A stretch of DNA of 64,000 nucleotides from Octopus sinensis (taxonomy: Eukaryota). Location of the stretch: assembly GCF_006345805.1 (NCBI RefSeq), contig NC_043000.1, positions 126,046,001 to 126,110,000 of the forward strand. Reading direction: 5' to 3'. The position numbers and the translations under genes are program-made. Within the stretch, counting starts at the first letter, position 1; every line of letters begins with the position of its first letter. Below, in pieces: positions 1-12,138 of this stretch. Below the pieces are notes generated by a model, which saw only the letters and a list, made by a program, of their open reading frames with translations, was not told the origin of the DNA and did not search any database.

Positions 1-645
1 TTAAGCCCGGTACTTATTCTATCGGCCCCTTTTGCCAAACTGCTAAGTTACAGGGGCATAAATAAACCAGCACTGGTTGTCAAGCAGTTTTTGGGAACAA
101 GCACAGATACAAAAACATGCGCACATACACACACACACACACATGTGTATGTGTGTGTTTGTTTGTTCTTTCTCGAGCCATGCCTGGTTCATAAGAGCCG
201 GTTTCCCTGGTTTCCTTGGCATATAGGTTCCCCACCTGGACAGGACACTGGTCCATCGCAAGTGAGCTGCAAGATGCAGGAGGAAAGAGTGAGAGAAAGT
301 TGTGGCGAAAGAGTCAGCAGAAGTTCACCGTTACCTTCTGCCAGAGCTGCGTGGTGCCTAGGTGTTTCGCTCATAAACACACACATCACCCAGTTTGAGA
401 TTCAAACCTGCGATCCCCGACCGCTGGTCCGCTGCTCTAACCACTAGGCCATGTGCCTCCACACACACACACACACACACATATAAACAATAAGCTTCTT
501 TCAGTTTCCATCTACTAAATCCACTCACAAGGCTTTGGTCAACCCGAGGCTACAGTAGAAGATATTTGTTCAAGGTGCCACACAGTGAGACTGAACCCAG
601 GACCACGTGGTTAGGAAGCAAGCTTCTTGCCACACCTGCACCTGT
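1..645 (-). mobile_element. tRNA-derived SINE family A (central CA/TA microsatellite), truncated at the window edge
   Basis: Matches copies at 14878, 48762 and 56780; the minus-strand head has A/B-box-like motifs (ggttc..gttcagtc). Confidence 0.8.
158..462 (-). mobile_element. tRNA-derived SINE family C, inserted in the microsatellite of a family A copy
   Basis: Reverse complement of 54745-55050; head gtggaggcacatggcctagtggttagagcagcgg...gtttgaatc. Confidence 0.85.
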
Positions 646-985
646 AGGTGTTTTGCTGAGTCAAGAGTCAGAGTACTTAGAAGGTGTTTGTGTCTACTTG
701 TGACTACAAAGGTGCCCGAAACAATTCACAAAAGCATGGTTCATACTACCCTAAGCTAACCCCAAGTTACCCTCAATTCCAAATGATGACCTTAACAGTT
801 TATCTATACATCTATCCGTGTGTGTGTCTGTAAAGTGTTTTTTGAAGAAATATTTTAAAAATTGTGTATATTCACTTCAGTTTTGAAACGTTCACCTTCC
901 TTTGTCAATAACAAATTTCACCATCAGTTGCTTATCATGAATGGTCTTTGAACTAAATTTCATTTTGCTGGATTTCATTTTCTTT

Positions 986-1021
<36 letters not shown>

Positions 1022-2509
1022 TTCATTTATTCATTTCATATGTTTTTCTTCTTTTACATAGAAAACTTTGAAAATTTTCTCGTTTCCTCTATCTCAATAT
1101 ATTTATTGATTTATGTATCTCACACTGTTAATCTATGTATTTCCTTCTCTTCCATATATATATATATCATCATCATTGTTTAACATATATATATATATAT
1201 ATATACACACACATACATACATACACATGCATACACACATGCACATATACACACTCATACACATAAGCATACATGGGAGAAAATATATGTAAATATAAAC
1301 ACACACACTTATACAAACATGCACACAAACACATACAAGCAAACACACACATACATACACACACCACTCTTTGTCTCTTAAACACATTTCCCTTCCATTT
1401 TCTATTCCCTTCAAATTTTCCTTGTTTCTTTCAATCTTCTTTCCTTTTTTTTCTTTTCTTTCTTTCTCCCTCTCTCTCTCTCTCTCTCTCTCCTCCTCCT
1501 CCTCTCCTCCCTTTTCACTTCTTTCAACGCTCCTTTCTTCTTCTGTTCCTTCTTTTGGCTACCAAACAAATTAACCCAACTCTGGAAAATTGAATTCATT
1601 GCTGCTGCCTTTGAATCTCCATGTTAATTCTTTTATTTCCTTATTATTATTATTATTATCATTATTATTATTACTTTCATTTATCTTTTATCCAGTGGAT
1701 CACTTCCTGTTTACTTGTTACAGTAACCATATCTTGATTTGATTGGATTTCATTTCTTTTCTTACTTTTTGTTATTATTTTTATTTTTACTTTTTCTTTA
1801 CATCATCTAAGATTTCATCTTTCTTACATTTTTATATTTTTATTTTTCGTTTCATTATTTACATCTAGCTATCCATAGAATGATTTGATTATTTGTTTTA
1901 TCGGCATCTTTCTTCTAAGATTCTGTCCATTTCCTTATATCTTTTCCCTTTCTTTGATAAATCATATTTTATGACATTGCATTTTCTTCTCTTCTCCTTG
2001 CTTCTCTTCTACCATTTCATTCTGGTTATTTTTAAAACATTTTCATCAACTTCCTCCACCCAACACCACCCATTCCGTTCCATTCTATTCCATTCCATTC
2101 CACCTCTTTTTCCTTTGTCTTTGTCTGGTTCTGCTACAATAGCTTAAGTGACATTTAGGAAGTTGGTTTGTGTCTCTTTCTATTCTCTTCTAGTTGCTTG
2201 TCTTCCGGGAATATTGCTATAATTTCTTTCTGTAACTCTATGCAGTAAATATTATTGTCACCTGAAGCTAGTAAATCTCTTAGCAACATTGACTGATATG
2301 CTTCCTTCATGCGTTCCCGTTCTTTCTTTATTTCTTTATTCCAGAAAAAAAAAAATCTAAGCAGACTTTTTTTTTTTTTTTTACATTAGAATTTCAATAA
2401 ATCTCAAATGGCAACAAATAATATTTCTGCTAAGTTCTGGTGATGCCAGTTGTTTTCTACATTTTTGTTCCTGGAAGTATTAGATAAAAAAAAAACTTTG
2501 TGTCCATAG

Positions 2510-2745
2510 ATAAGATGCTACACAGTGCCGCAGAAAAAGTATTGGTGCTGGTGTCATGTAAAAAACACCCAATACCCAGTGCACTTTGTAAAGTGGTTGG
2601 CATTAGGAAGAGCATCCAGCCATAGAAACCATGCTAAACCAATGGAACCTAGAGTGAATTCTGGAATTCTCAGCTCCTGTCAAGCTATCCAACCCATACC
2701 AGCATTGCAAACAGACATTAAATGATGATGATGATGATGATGGCG
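2510..2745 (+). mobile_element. Short RTE-LINE-type 3' end with (ATG)n tail
   Basis: gcattaggaagagcatccagccatagaaaccatgc...acagacattaaatgatgatg; same tail as the RTE remnant at 3128. Confidence 0.7.
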
Positions 2746-3127
2746 ACTTCGATTGAAACGCCATTTTGAATTACGTTTTATAGCATTTCACTATTTCAAG
2801 GATAGTGTGAACCCACATTGGAGCATTGCTCCCACATCTGGAATGGTAGTGATACTACACAGAGAGAACATTCTAGACTGTCCTCGCCAAAAAAAAGGGT
2901 CTCCTAGCTGTGTGATATGAAGTTGCTCTCCAACACATGTCACCCCTCCCTCTCACTGCCCACCCCAGTCCACACATATGTTGTCTTCTCGGTGGGTTCA
3001 ATGCTGTGCAACACTTTATACACTCAAAACTAATTCACACACAGGTACTTTTTGGATTCTCAGAATGTTTGTATAAGCTTACTGAGTTTAGGAAATGCTT
3101 TTATTTGATCACAAGTTCACTTTCACC

Positions 3128-4075
3128 ATATCATCATCATCATCATCATTTAACATCCGTTTTCCATGCTGGTAGGGGTTGGACGGTTTAACTAGAGCTG
3201 ACCAGCTGGATAGCTTCCCAGGCTCCATGTCTGTTTTGGCATGGTTTCTATGGCTGGATGCCCTTCCTAATGCCAACTGCTTTACAGAATGCACTGGGTG
3301 CATTTACGCAGTACCAGCACAAGTGAATTTATGTGACACTGGTACAGGTGCATTTTACATGACATGAGCACCCATGAGCATGCACAATGCTCAGCTGGAG
3401 AGAGTTGAAGGGGACAGCTTGTATGCAAGGACAACCACACTTTTAATTAGCTTGATGTGTCTTTTCAAGCACATCAAACCGTCAGGAGTCTTGGTCCCCT
3501 GTCATCCCCTCCTGTAAGTCCTTTTTCACCACTTCATCCTACATTTTCCAGGGTCTACCCCTTCCACATGTTCCCTTTACAATTGGAGATCAGCACCTCT
3601 TGATGCAACTGTCTCCATTCATGTGCATTACATGGCCATACCAGTGCAGTCTTCTCTCTTGCACACTACATCTGATGCCTCATATGCTCAGTTTTTCTCT
3701 CAAATCACTTACACTCTGTTGTATATGCACACTGGTATTACCCAACCAGCAGAGCATACTGGTTTTATTTACTTTAAGCTTTCTCATATCCTCAGTAGTC
3801 ACAACCCATGTCTCACTGCCACATAGCGTAACTGTTCGTACACATACATCATACAACCTGCCTTTCACTCTGCAGGTGAGGCCCTTTGTTACTAACAGAG
3901 GTAGCAAGAAGTGAGCCATCATCAATGCTAACTCATTTCTCTCTTTCCACATCACAATTTTTTCTGACACACTGTCTTGCAATCTGAAATCCTTCAAGCC
4001 TCTGGCCCTCACATTGCAAAATGTTGGCAAACTTCCTCCCTTCTGCTTCTCCCTTGGCTAGGTATACCTGTCTTC
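3128..4075 (-). mobile_element. RTE-clade LINE 3' fragment, degenerate
   Basis: Minus translation LYDVCVRTVTLCGSETW...RRLHWYGHVMHM...GRGRPWKM*DEVVKKDL is the typical RTE ORF C-terminus; ends in (ATG)n. Confidence 0.85.
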
Positions 4076-4518
4076 TAGTCTACCTGATATAGGTGTCCAC
4101 TACCTTTATCTTTTACTGGTTGAAGCCACACTGGAGCACCACATTTAAGTGTTGCATTTCTTTTCTTTACTGTTTCTGGTGAAGTAACAAGTTGGACGGA
4201 ACTACTCTTCTTTGTGCCTCCTTCCACAATGTGGGTTCATCTGACGCTTCAGATAAAAGTTGTTCAGGCACTCTTTCAAGACCTTCACATCTACACATTT
4301 GTCCAGTTTCTTATCTTCATTTTTCATTTTTCCCATTGCCTGCCAATTAAAACTGAAATTTATGTATGTATGAATCAGAGTAAGAAAGGAGTGTTTGCAA
4401 CTGTGCAGGAACAAACACCACTAAGGACTTTACTTGAATAGCAACAGTTTATCAGCCAATAATACACATCAATGAAAACACGCATACTATATGTATGAAT
4501 GAAATCTTGATTATTTAA

Positions 4519-5224
4519 CCCTTTTGGTACCTAACCTGCTTGAGAGTGCCTTTGGTTCTATAATACTTCCTGTTTTAACCCTTTAGCACTTAAACTGGCC
4601 ATAAAAATAAATAAATGTGCCCTTTTAAAGCCTAGCCAGGCTCATGGCCCAGTTTCCTGGTTTCAATGGCGTATGTGTTCCCCAGTTGCACGGGACGCCA
4701 GCCCATTGCAGCGTTACTCATTTTTGCCATCTGAGTGGGCTGGAACAACGTGAAATGAAGTGTTTTGCTCAAGAACACAATGCGTCACCTGGTCCAGGAA
4801 TTGAAACCACGATCTTGCGATCATGATGCTGCCACCCTAACCAGTAAGCCACGCGCCTCCACATAAACTGCCCATATCCGACCAAAATATTTTACCTGTT
4901 TTATACTCAAACTGGCCAGATCTGTTCTCTTACACCTACACCACAATGTCATTCTGAAAATGAACAGTTACCTCATCAAAATCTCAAAGCTGCAAGATAA
5001 TGCATGATTAATTTGAAAACAATGTGAATAAATACGCATTACTTTTGACCGAATAATATGAATGCTAAAGGGCTGAAATAGATTAAATTACCAAAATTTC
5101 ATGTTAATTTATGTTCCTCACACCAGATTAATAATGACTGGTTTTTTTACTAAATTCTTCATTATTTTGAAAATTTATTGAAACAAAGGCAGTGTATTTC
5201 AGCAGAAATATGGTAGCAAAAATC
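4519..5224. mobile_element. Nested TTAA-type (piggyBac-like) MITEs: outer 4519-5224, inner 4579-5072
   Basis: TTAA-CCCTTTTGGTACC...GGTAGCAAAAATC-TTAA outer ends; TTAA-CCCTTTAGCA...TGCTAAAGGG inner ends. Confidence 0.65.
4603..4862 (-). mobile_element. tRNA-derived SINE, family C-like, with target-site duplication
   Basis: Flanked by taaactggccat / taaactgcccat; minus head gtggaggcgcgtggcttactggttagg...gtttcaattcc. Confidence 0.8.
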
Positions 5225-5302
5225 TTAACACCCAGAGATGGAAAACATAAAATTATAGATTATTAATGTTAGTTAAGCAAGTATAACAATAGCTTTATAT
5301 AT

Positions 5303-5615
5303 GTATCTCGTTTTTGGATTTGGTTTGCAAGATTCTTTATATGAGTTCGTGTGTTGAAGCATATTCTGTTGTGTCTGGGGAGAGTCATTTTCCTTTTGTG
5401 CCTTATAATGTAACACATTCACCGGTAAAATTTCCACTTAATTCTTATTTTTATTTTCCTAAAATTTTTTGTTGCGTCTTGCAACCTTTTCAATAGTCAA
5501 GACTATTGAAACGAAAATTTTAGGAAAATAAAAATACGTGGAAATTTTACCGGTGAGTGTGATACATTATGAGGCACAAAAAGAAAATTACTCTCCCCAG
5601 ACACAACTTTATATA
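5303..5615. mobile_element. Palindromic MITE-like repeat, copy 1
   Basis: Inverted arms from 5368 to 5607 around caatagtc-aa-gactattg; second copy at 55938-56218. Confidence 0.75.
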
Positions 5616-5668
5616 TGTAATTTATTGCTAACATTCTGCTAACCAGATTCTGTTAATCTTCTTTTCAG

Positions 5669-5722
5669 GATTTATTCTTAGGCAGTGGTGTGACTTATGA
5701 AGTTGTGTCTAATATCCCAAAA
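5669..5722 (+). CDS. KIF13: KIF13-family kinesin-3, internal exon (DLFLGSGVTYEVVSNIPK)
   Basis: cttttcag acceptor and gtaagt donor; 54 nt, phase 0/0. Peptide matches the KIF13A/B stalk motif (recalled as CGVTYEIVSNIPK). Confidence 0.93.
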
Positions 5723-6379
5723 GTAAGTTGATTCAAGTTTAGCAGCATATTATGTTGTATTTTATTTTCTTTTATTTTTTGTGTCACATTTTTAAAAACA
5801 ATGGCGTCATTGGTTACAGATTCCCTGTGGACCAATCAGTTTACTTCATTATATTTCTTATTTCTCACATGGGGCTAAACATTGAGGGGACAAACAAGGA
5901 CAGACAGAGGGATTAAGTCGATTACATCAACCCCAGTGCATAACTTCATTATATTTCTGATGGTGAGAGTGACAAGGAGTTTCTGTGACGTTGTGCATGA
6001 ACAAATACTACATAGGACTTTGTTCAAATAGCACCAATTTATCAGTTTCCTTGCTAAAGATATATATATATAAACACACACGCACATACATACATATATA
6101 TATATATACGACACTATTGTAAAGCTTCACTGCATATATACTAGCAAAGACGTGTGTGTGCAACAAACATGAAAAATTTGTCTTACCTCTTGGAAGAACA
6201 TTCGATAAATGGACAACCCAGAATCGGATAATGCAGGACCAGTTTCTAACTCTTCAAAAACGTTTGACAACGTAAATTTGATCAGACTTGATCAGCTGCA
6301 TTTACCTAGACATTATTTCAAATGTTGCCACATCAATGCCAGTATACTCGCCTGAACGCCTAGCCATTAACAGAACATA

Positions 6380-6440
<61 letters not shown>

Positions 6441-6879
6441 ATATATATAAAGAGAGATCATAAGGACTTAAAAACTTCAGTGTGGTTTCCAGCATACTGT
6501 GAGACTGCTCAGAATGAAGCACCCCTTAGTTCTCTTTAGGGATACTCTAATATTAAACCCAATTAATGCTGTTCAGAAAATATTTGGTACACTGTGCACT
6601 ATTTTTCTGCTATTGGCTTCTCCAAAAAGTTCAGCTGCACAAGCCTTCATCACTTTAACCAAATCATTTCTGTGAGGAGTTTTAACAGTTCAGTATAGTT
6701 TTGTTGTAACATCTCACTATTCCACTTGTATATGTTAGACACAATGCCTGACAATCCCAAGTTGTGGTCTACTATGCACATCCCTTGCTGGATTAGCATC
6801 TCTTGACATAGAAACCTAAGAACTGAAATTTTTTTCCCATTGTACTATTGGACCCTTACACTATAAAACCAGTGTCCAT

Positions 6880-7330
6880 CTTATATATATATCATCTTCA
6901 TCATTTTAATGTCCACTTTTCCATGTTTGTATGGTCGGAGAGAATTTGTTAAGGCAGATTTTCTACAGTTGGATGCTCTCCCTGCTGCCAACCTACACCT
7001 GTTTCCAAGCAAGGTAGTATTTCCCCACGGCCAGGCATGTGTCTCATAAATGACTGGAAGCAAACAACCTTGCTTGTATGATGATGATGCTCATTCACAA
7101 ACAACACATGCTATCTAGACACAAATAAACACTCACATATACATATAATATACATATATATAGAGAGAGACACACATACAGGCTTCTTTCAGTTTCCATC
7201 TACAAAATCTACTCACAAGGCTTTGGTTGATTTGATGCTATAGTTGAAGATACTTGCCCAAAATGTCACACAGTGGGACTGAACCCAGAACCAGTTGATA
7301 GGGAAGCAGACTTCTTAACCACACAGTCTC
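6880..7330 (-). mobile_element. RTE-type tail fragment followed by a partial family A SINE
   Basis: catcattttaatgtccacttttccatg tail; ggcttctttcagtttccatctac...gggactgaacccagaacc family A segment. Confidence 0.6.
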
Positions 7331-7885
7331 CATCTATCAAATTCAATTCATACATATTAGTCAACTCAAGACAAAGCCAAAAAGCACTTGCTTGGTGCTG
7401 TGCAATGGGATTGAACTCCTTTATCACACATACCATTTTTCTGACTTTTATAATTTTTTTGCTGTTGTTGTTTTGTTTTTGATCGTAACAAGATATATAT
7501 TCTTTGTTGTAGGGTGACTTATAGTGTAATGATTTCTAAGATATGATTTTTCATTTAGCAAACATTATTTCAATGACTTCAGATAATGAAATATTTTGTT
7601 GCTCATTTTTTATGCATACAGTTGTAAAATTAAATAATTCTAAAATTGTTTTCTTTTACATCCAGACTTTCCTGTCTGACCAATTAGTCTGCAATTATCT
7701 AAATGTAGAAAACAATTACGAATAATTTTTTTCTTATGATTAGATGATAAATGGAAACTCCCAAATGGAAATTATATTTCATAATTGATTTATTAAGTAA
7801 TTTGTGTTCTCATTTTGATTACAACTAAATTTTTTTTTTATTATTTCTTTTTTAACTTTCTTTCTCCCTTTCATATCAATATCAG

Positions 7886-8038
7886 GCATCTGAAGATCTA
7901 GAGAACATGGAAACTCTTGCTCAGATGGCAGCATCTCAAAATGAAACCAATGCTGCTGATGGAGAAACATATATCGAAAAATACATCAAAGGTGTGTCTG
8001 CTGTGGAAAGTATTCTCACACTGGATAGATTGCGACAG
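7886..8038 (+). CDS. KIF13: KIF13-family exon (ASEDLENMETLAQMAASQNETNAADGETYIEKYIKGVSAVESILTLDRLRQ)
   Basis: atcag acceptor, gtgaga donor; 153 nt, phase 0/0. DGETYIEKY..GV..VE.IL.L.RLRQ is diagnostic of KIF13A/B. Missed by the ORF track. Confidence 0.96.
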
Positions 8039-8119
8039 GTGAGACATTGAACTACCATTATAAAGTCGTTGAGGTTTCACATTTAAATTAATGTTCTGTT
8101 TTTTTTTTGTTTTGTTTTT

Positions 8120-8195
8120 TTGTGCAGGGGTTCCTTGAGACATGTAATTTATTTTAAGGGTTATGCAAGGGTAAAAAGGTTGAGAAACACTGGTT
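8120..8195 (-). mobile_element. Half copy of the hAT MITE at 21326
   Basis: gcaggggttccttgagac...aaggttgagaaacactg is the reverse complement of the left end of 21326-21723. Confidence 0.65.
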
Positions 8196-9278
8196 TACAG
8201 CTTCATATGATGTCAAGATAAGAAGGCACAAACTCACACACACACTCATTCATACATACATATGTGTGTATATATTAAATTCCACATGCTAAGGCATTGT
8301 TCAGCTTGAGGCAGTGGTAGAAAACACTTCTCATTGTGCCATGCCATAAGATGGAACCTGGAACTATGTAGTTTATAAAACAAACTTCTTAATCTCAAGA
8401 CTGTCCATATTTAAATATTTCCTTCAGTGCTTACATGTGTTAGCCCTGATTGCATAGACCAAGTGAACATTCCACCTGTGGCCATCCAATCTTATTTTCA
8501 AACGTAATGTCTCTGGACATACATTATCCCACGTGTCCTTGTAAGACCGTCAAGTGTTATTTGCAGCTGATCAAGTAATTAAATCTTCTCTCTTGATGGT
8601 TTGTTGTGGTTCCTTTATTGGTTTAAATTAGTGAAGTTGATTATTTATTGCTTGACCTCCTGTAGGATGATGTCTTCAGGAAAACATAAGGATGGAACTA
8701 TTCATCAGTGTTGGATTAACCATTAAGCAAACTAAGTATGTGCTTAGGGCATGAAGGGAAGCTGAGGAGTGGGAAGGCCACAGAAATGGTAAATGGTTTA
8801 CAACACAAAAGAAATCACTTTAAACTTGCTAAAATGATATTCAAAGCAGTTTATTTGGTCAGAAATATAATCTCAAAGTCCTCATGGTGTCATAGTGAGG
8901 ATCTAATCAAATATTTTGCAATTAAAAAAAAAAAAAAAATTTTTCAAATATAAATACAAGTGGAAGTATACAAAAATAAATATTATTTTCCATCTTAGTG
9001 TTAGCTTTGTTTCATTTTGAAAAATAAATATTTATTATCGTTTACATTTTGAATTACATATATATTGGGGCACCAAAATCTCTATCCAGCCCTGCTATGA
9101 TAATAATAATATCATTTTCCTTATGTCACATGTCAACACATTTCAACCATTTAGGAATATGATAATTGCATTGGTGCGGCTAGATATTAAACAGGAATAC
9201 CTTTTGAGATGTACAGTATTCATTTTCACTGGTTTTTTTAATGTTGATCTAACATTTCTGTCTTTCTTCTCTTTCCAG

Positions 9279-9356
9279 GAAGTTGCTGTAAAAGAGCTAT
9301 TATCAGCGTCTGGCCGTTCCCTGCGTAAGACCACGAGTGTGCCAAACATCCACCAG
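9279..9356 (+). CDS. KIF13: KIF13-family exon (EVAVKELLSASGRSLRKTTSVPNIHQ)
   Basis: Long pyrimidine tract ending ttccag, gtgagt donor; 78 nt, phase 0/0. Continues RLRQ|EVAVKE as in KIF13B. Confidence 0.95.
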
Positions 9357-9842
9357 GTGAGTTATTTTCTGGTTATTACATAATCTGCATATAATACCCA
9401 CAATTCTATAGACACCTTTCTTAGTCATTTTTAACCCTTTGTGATACACAGGACATATTTCCTTAGTACCCATACATTATATATGATACACATTCCAGAT
9501 TTTTTTTCACCACCAGAGTAACTTCGGATTTATGAAATGAAAACTTTATATTATTCAGAGCATAGGAATCAAGGAATAACTAACAGTCTGAAACCGAGCT
9601 TGGATTTTTATGACAAGCCTATGAAAATACTCTGGACAGGCAAAGAGTTAATAGGAGAAAAATTTCTTGGAAGATTTTTTGTTTGAACATTGAATGATGT
9701 GTAAAGATTTTTCTGGCTCTATAAATCAATTGCACCTTTTGTCATACATGTCTTCCCATTTTTTTCACAATTCTTCATAGTTAAACACATTGAATTATGA
9801 GTTTTAAATTACCTTTTAATTATTTTTCTTTCTAAATTTTAG

Positions 9843-9878
9843 GCTATGGTGTCTTCTCCTCCTCGAATTGATGACCAG
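9843..9878 (+). CDS. KIF13: KIF13-family short exon (AMVSSPPRIDDQ)
   Basis: tttttag acceptor, gtgagt donor; 36 nt, open, phase 0/0, between two confident exons. Confidence 0.8.
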
Positions 9879-10133
9879 GTGAGTTATCATAGCAGTTTTT
9901 TTCCTGTTTTCTTTTTTTTTTTTTTGCAATTACAGGTACAACATTGATTTTCCAAAACCTTTGGTTCCAAAGCTATTCTGAAATACTGATTTTTCCAAAC
10001 TAGGGGTAGTTCCATTCTAAATCAAACAAATATCAAATGTACTTAAATAATTAAATGGAATGCAGGTTCCTGTACATTAGTATAAAAGATACAAGTTTTT
10101 TAATACTGTATTGTGCAAGGCAGCAGCAAACTA

Positions 10134-11041
10134 CAGGGTGTTTCAAAAGTCTATGTCACATTCTAAAAACTCTTATATCATGAACTACAAATTGGTAGCA
10201 TGATTGAACTGGTACCATTTAAGAGCTAAAAGTGTCAGGTTTTCTTCTGTTATTTTAATTTTGTTCTTTGTCTCTTTTCAGATCCAGTAATGTCATTCAC
10301 AAAAGAAAAGTCATTTTGTGTCCTAGAATATCCTAAAACTGAATCATGGACACGTGTTCAATGCAAATTTCATACACTGTTTACCAAGCAGGCACCAGGC
10401 AGATGTTCCATTTTGAATTGGCATGCAAAATTGAAGGAGGAGGGGTGTTTGTACATGGAAAAGCGAACAGGATGCTCTTGTGAAAAATTCATGGCGAATT
10501 GGTTTATCAGTGTCCTTCAGCTGTTAAACCAATTGCAGCTTGTATGGTGTGAACTGCAGCCGTCTCCTTAAGACGTGCCAAACAGTTGATGTGAGCTGAA
10601 GTTCTTGACTGGCTATTCTGACTGATTTCTGGGAGCTGCACTGGAAGGCTTGCCAAACTTGTTCAACCATATCATCTGAAGTTGAGGTGCTTTCTGTTCT
10701 CTTTGCCAGGCACAAACACCCCTCCTCTTTCAATTTTGCATGCCAATTCAAAATGGAATGTCTGTCTGGTGCCTGCTTGGTAAACGTTGTACAAAATTTG
10801 CATTGAACATGTGTCCATGATTCAGTTTTAGCGTATTCTATGACACAAAATGACTTTTCTTTTGTGAATGACATTACTGTATCTGAAAATAGTCAAAAAA
10901 CAAAATTAAATTAAAATTTAATTAGCAGAAGAAAACTTGATACTTTTTGCTTTTAAATGGTACTAGTTCAATCATGCTACCAATTTGTAGTTCATGATTT
11001 AAGAGTTCTTAGAATGTTACATAGACTTTTGAAACACCCTG
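10134..11041. mobile_element. Tc1/mariner-derived foldback element made of two head-to-head 5' halves
   Basis: TA-CAGGGTGTTTCAAAAGTC...GACTTTTGAAACACCCTG-TA; arms of ~340 bp; both arms encode MSFTKEKSFCV.EY.KTESWT.VQ.KF, a transposase N-terminal HTH of DUF4817-like type. Confidence 0.88.
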
Positions 11042-11945
11042 TAGTCTGACAGCCATGGGAATTTGAAGTTTCTGCTCATAAATTAGTGCAGATTATAGGA
11101 GATTCCTCCCCATCAATACCTGTCGTTTATTTCTTATTGATATCCATTTTCCCATGCTACAATTTGTAGACTGACCTAATCCATGAAAGTTCATAAACAA
11201 ATGGAATTTCTTTTCAATTTGAGATTATTGCTTTTGTATTTTTTATAGTAAAAACATCTTAATGAAATTAAAACAACTTAATGAAATAACATACTTATTT
11301 GTATGTGTATGATTGAAATAATGAACAAGCTAGTATTGTTTGTTTTATTTATTTAAAAATTTTTTTAGTTATTCTTTTTTAATTTTTTGTTTTCAATAAA
11401 AAGAAATTAGTGTTGATTCTATGAAATTGTTAATGCCACTTCTCCCCAAAAAATAGAAATAAATTCCTCTATTTTCATTTAGATATTTCTAAGCATTTCT
11501 TTTGCAATATGCCACATTCTTGTAAAAGATTCACTTCCAATGGACAGGCAATTAACAGCATGCAAACGTCCTTGTTATCTATGATTCTGATCAATAACTC
11601 ATTAGGACATTTTGCAGTATTCTGACTCCTCTTCTAACATTGGCACAGATAAATGTACTAAATTGCTTATTATTAACTGACATACAATCTGTTCTGTGAC
11701 TGAACACTAATTTCTCACCACTCCATCAATGATTGGACCATTTAAGATCATTAAATAAGTTGATTTTCTATTATTGATTACTGCCATGAATTAAGTACAT
11801 ACTGAATAAATATAAATGCAAACTGATTTATATTTCAGATTGTGTGTGTGTCTGTGTGTGTGCATGCGTGTATACGTGTAATTGGTGTTGTTTAACCATT
11901 GAATGTCACTTTAATACGAAATCTTTTATTCAATCTTTGTTTCAG

Positions 11946-12033
11946 CTACGTGCTGACAGCATCCAAGATCTCTCATTCCAAGAACTGTACACGTCATCCT
12001 CTTCCCACAAATCTGGCAACAGCTCCTACGCTG
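11946..12033 (+). CDS. KIF13: KIF13-family exon (LRADSIQDLSFQELYTSSSSHKSGNSSYA), proximal donor
   Basis: ctttgtttcag acceptor; GCTG|gtgagt donor; 88 nt, phase 0 to 1. RADSIQDL parallels KIF13B RWESQQDV as recalled. Confidence 0.88.
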
Positions 12034-12138
12034 GTGAGTCAATGATGAGAAAGCGAGCCTTTTCTGAGGTTGGGGCAAACATAGCAAATGCTGCTAAGGA
12101 AGGCGGTCTCTTGACAAGGAGGCGTTCAGTCGGCTTAG
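12034..12138 (+). CDS. KIF13: In-frame 35-codon extension of the preceding exon via a distal donor (GESMMRKRAFSEVGANIANAAKEGGLLTRRRSVGL)
   Basis: Frame stays open past the first GT; second donor TTAG|gtgggt is also phase 1, 105 nt later; GC content stays exon-like. Confidence 0.6.

Noticed and set aside
43-447. Overlapping ORFs of 60-118 aa, mirrored at 54767-55034
   Set aside because: All lie within family C SINE copies; the shared peptides reflect repeat identity, not a gene family.
10290-10874. Two ORFs starting MSFTKEKSFCV as functional genes
   Set aside because: Truncated transposase N-termini with no DDE domain.
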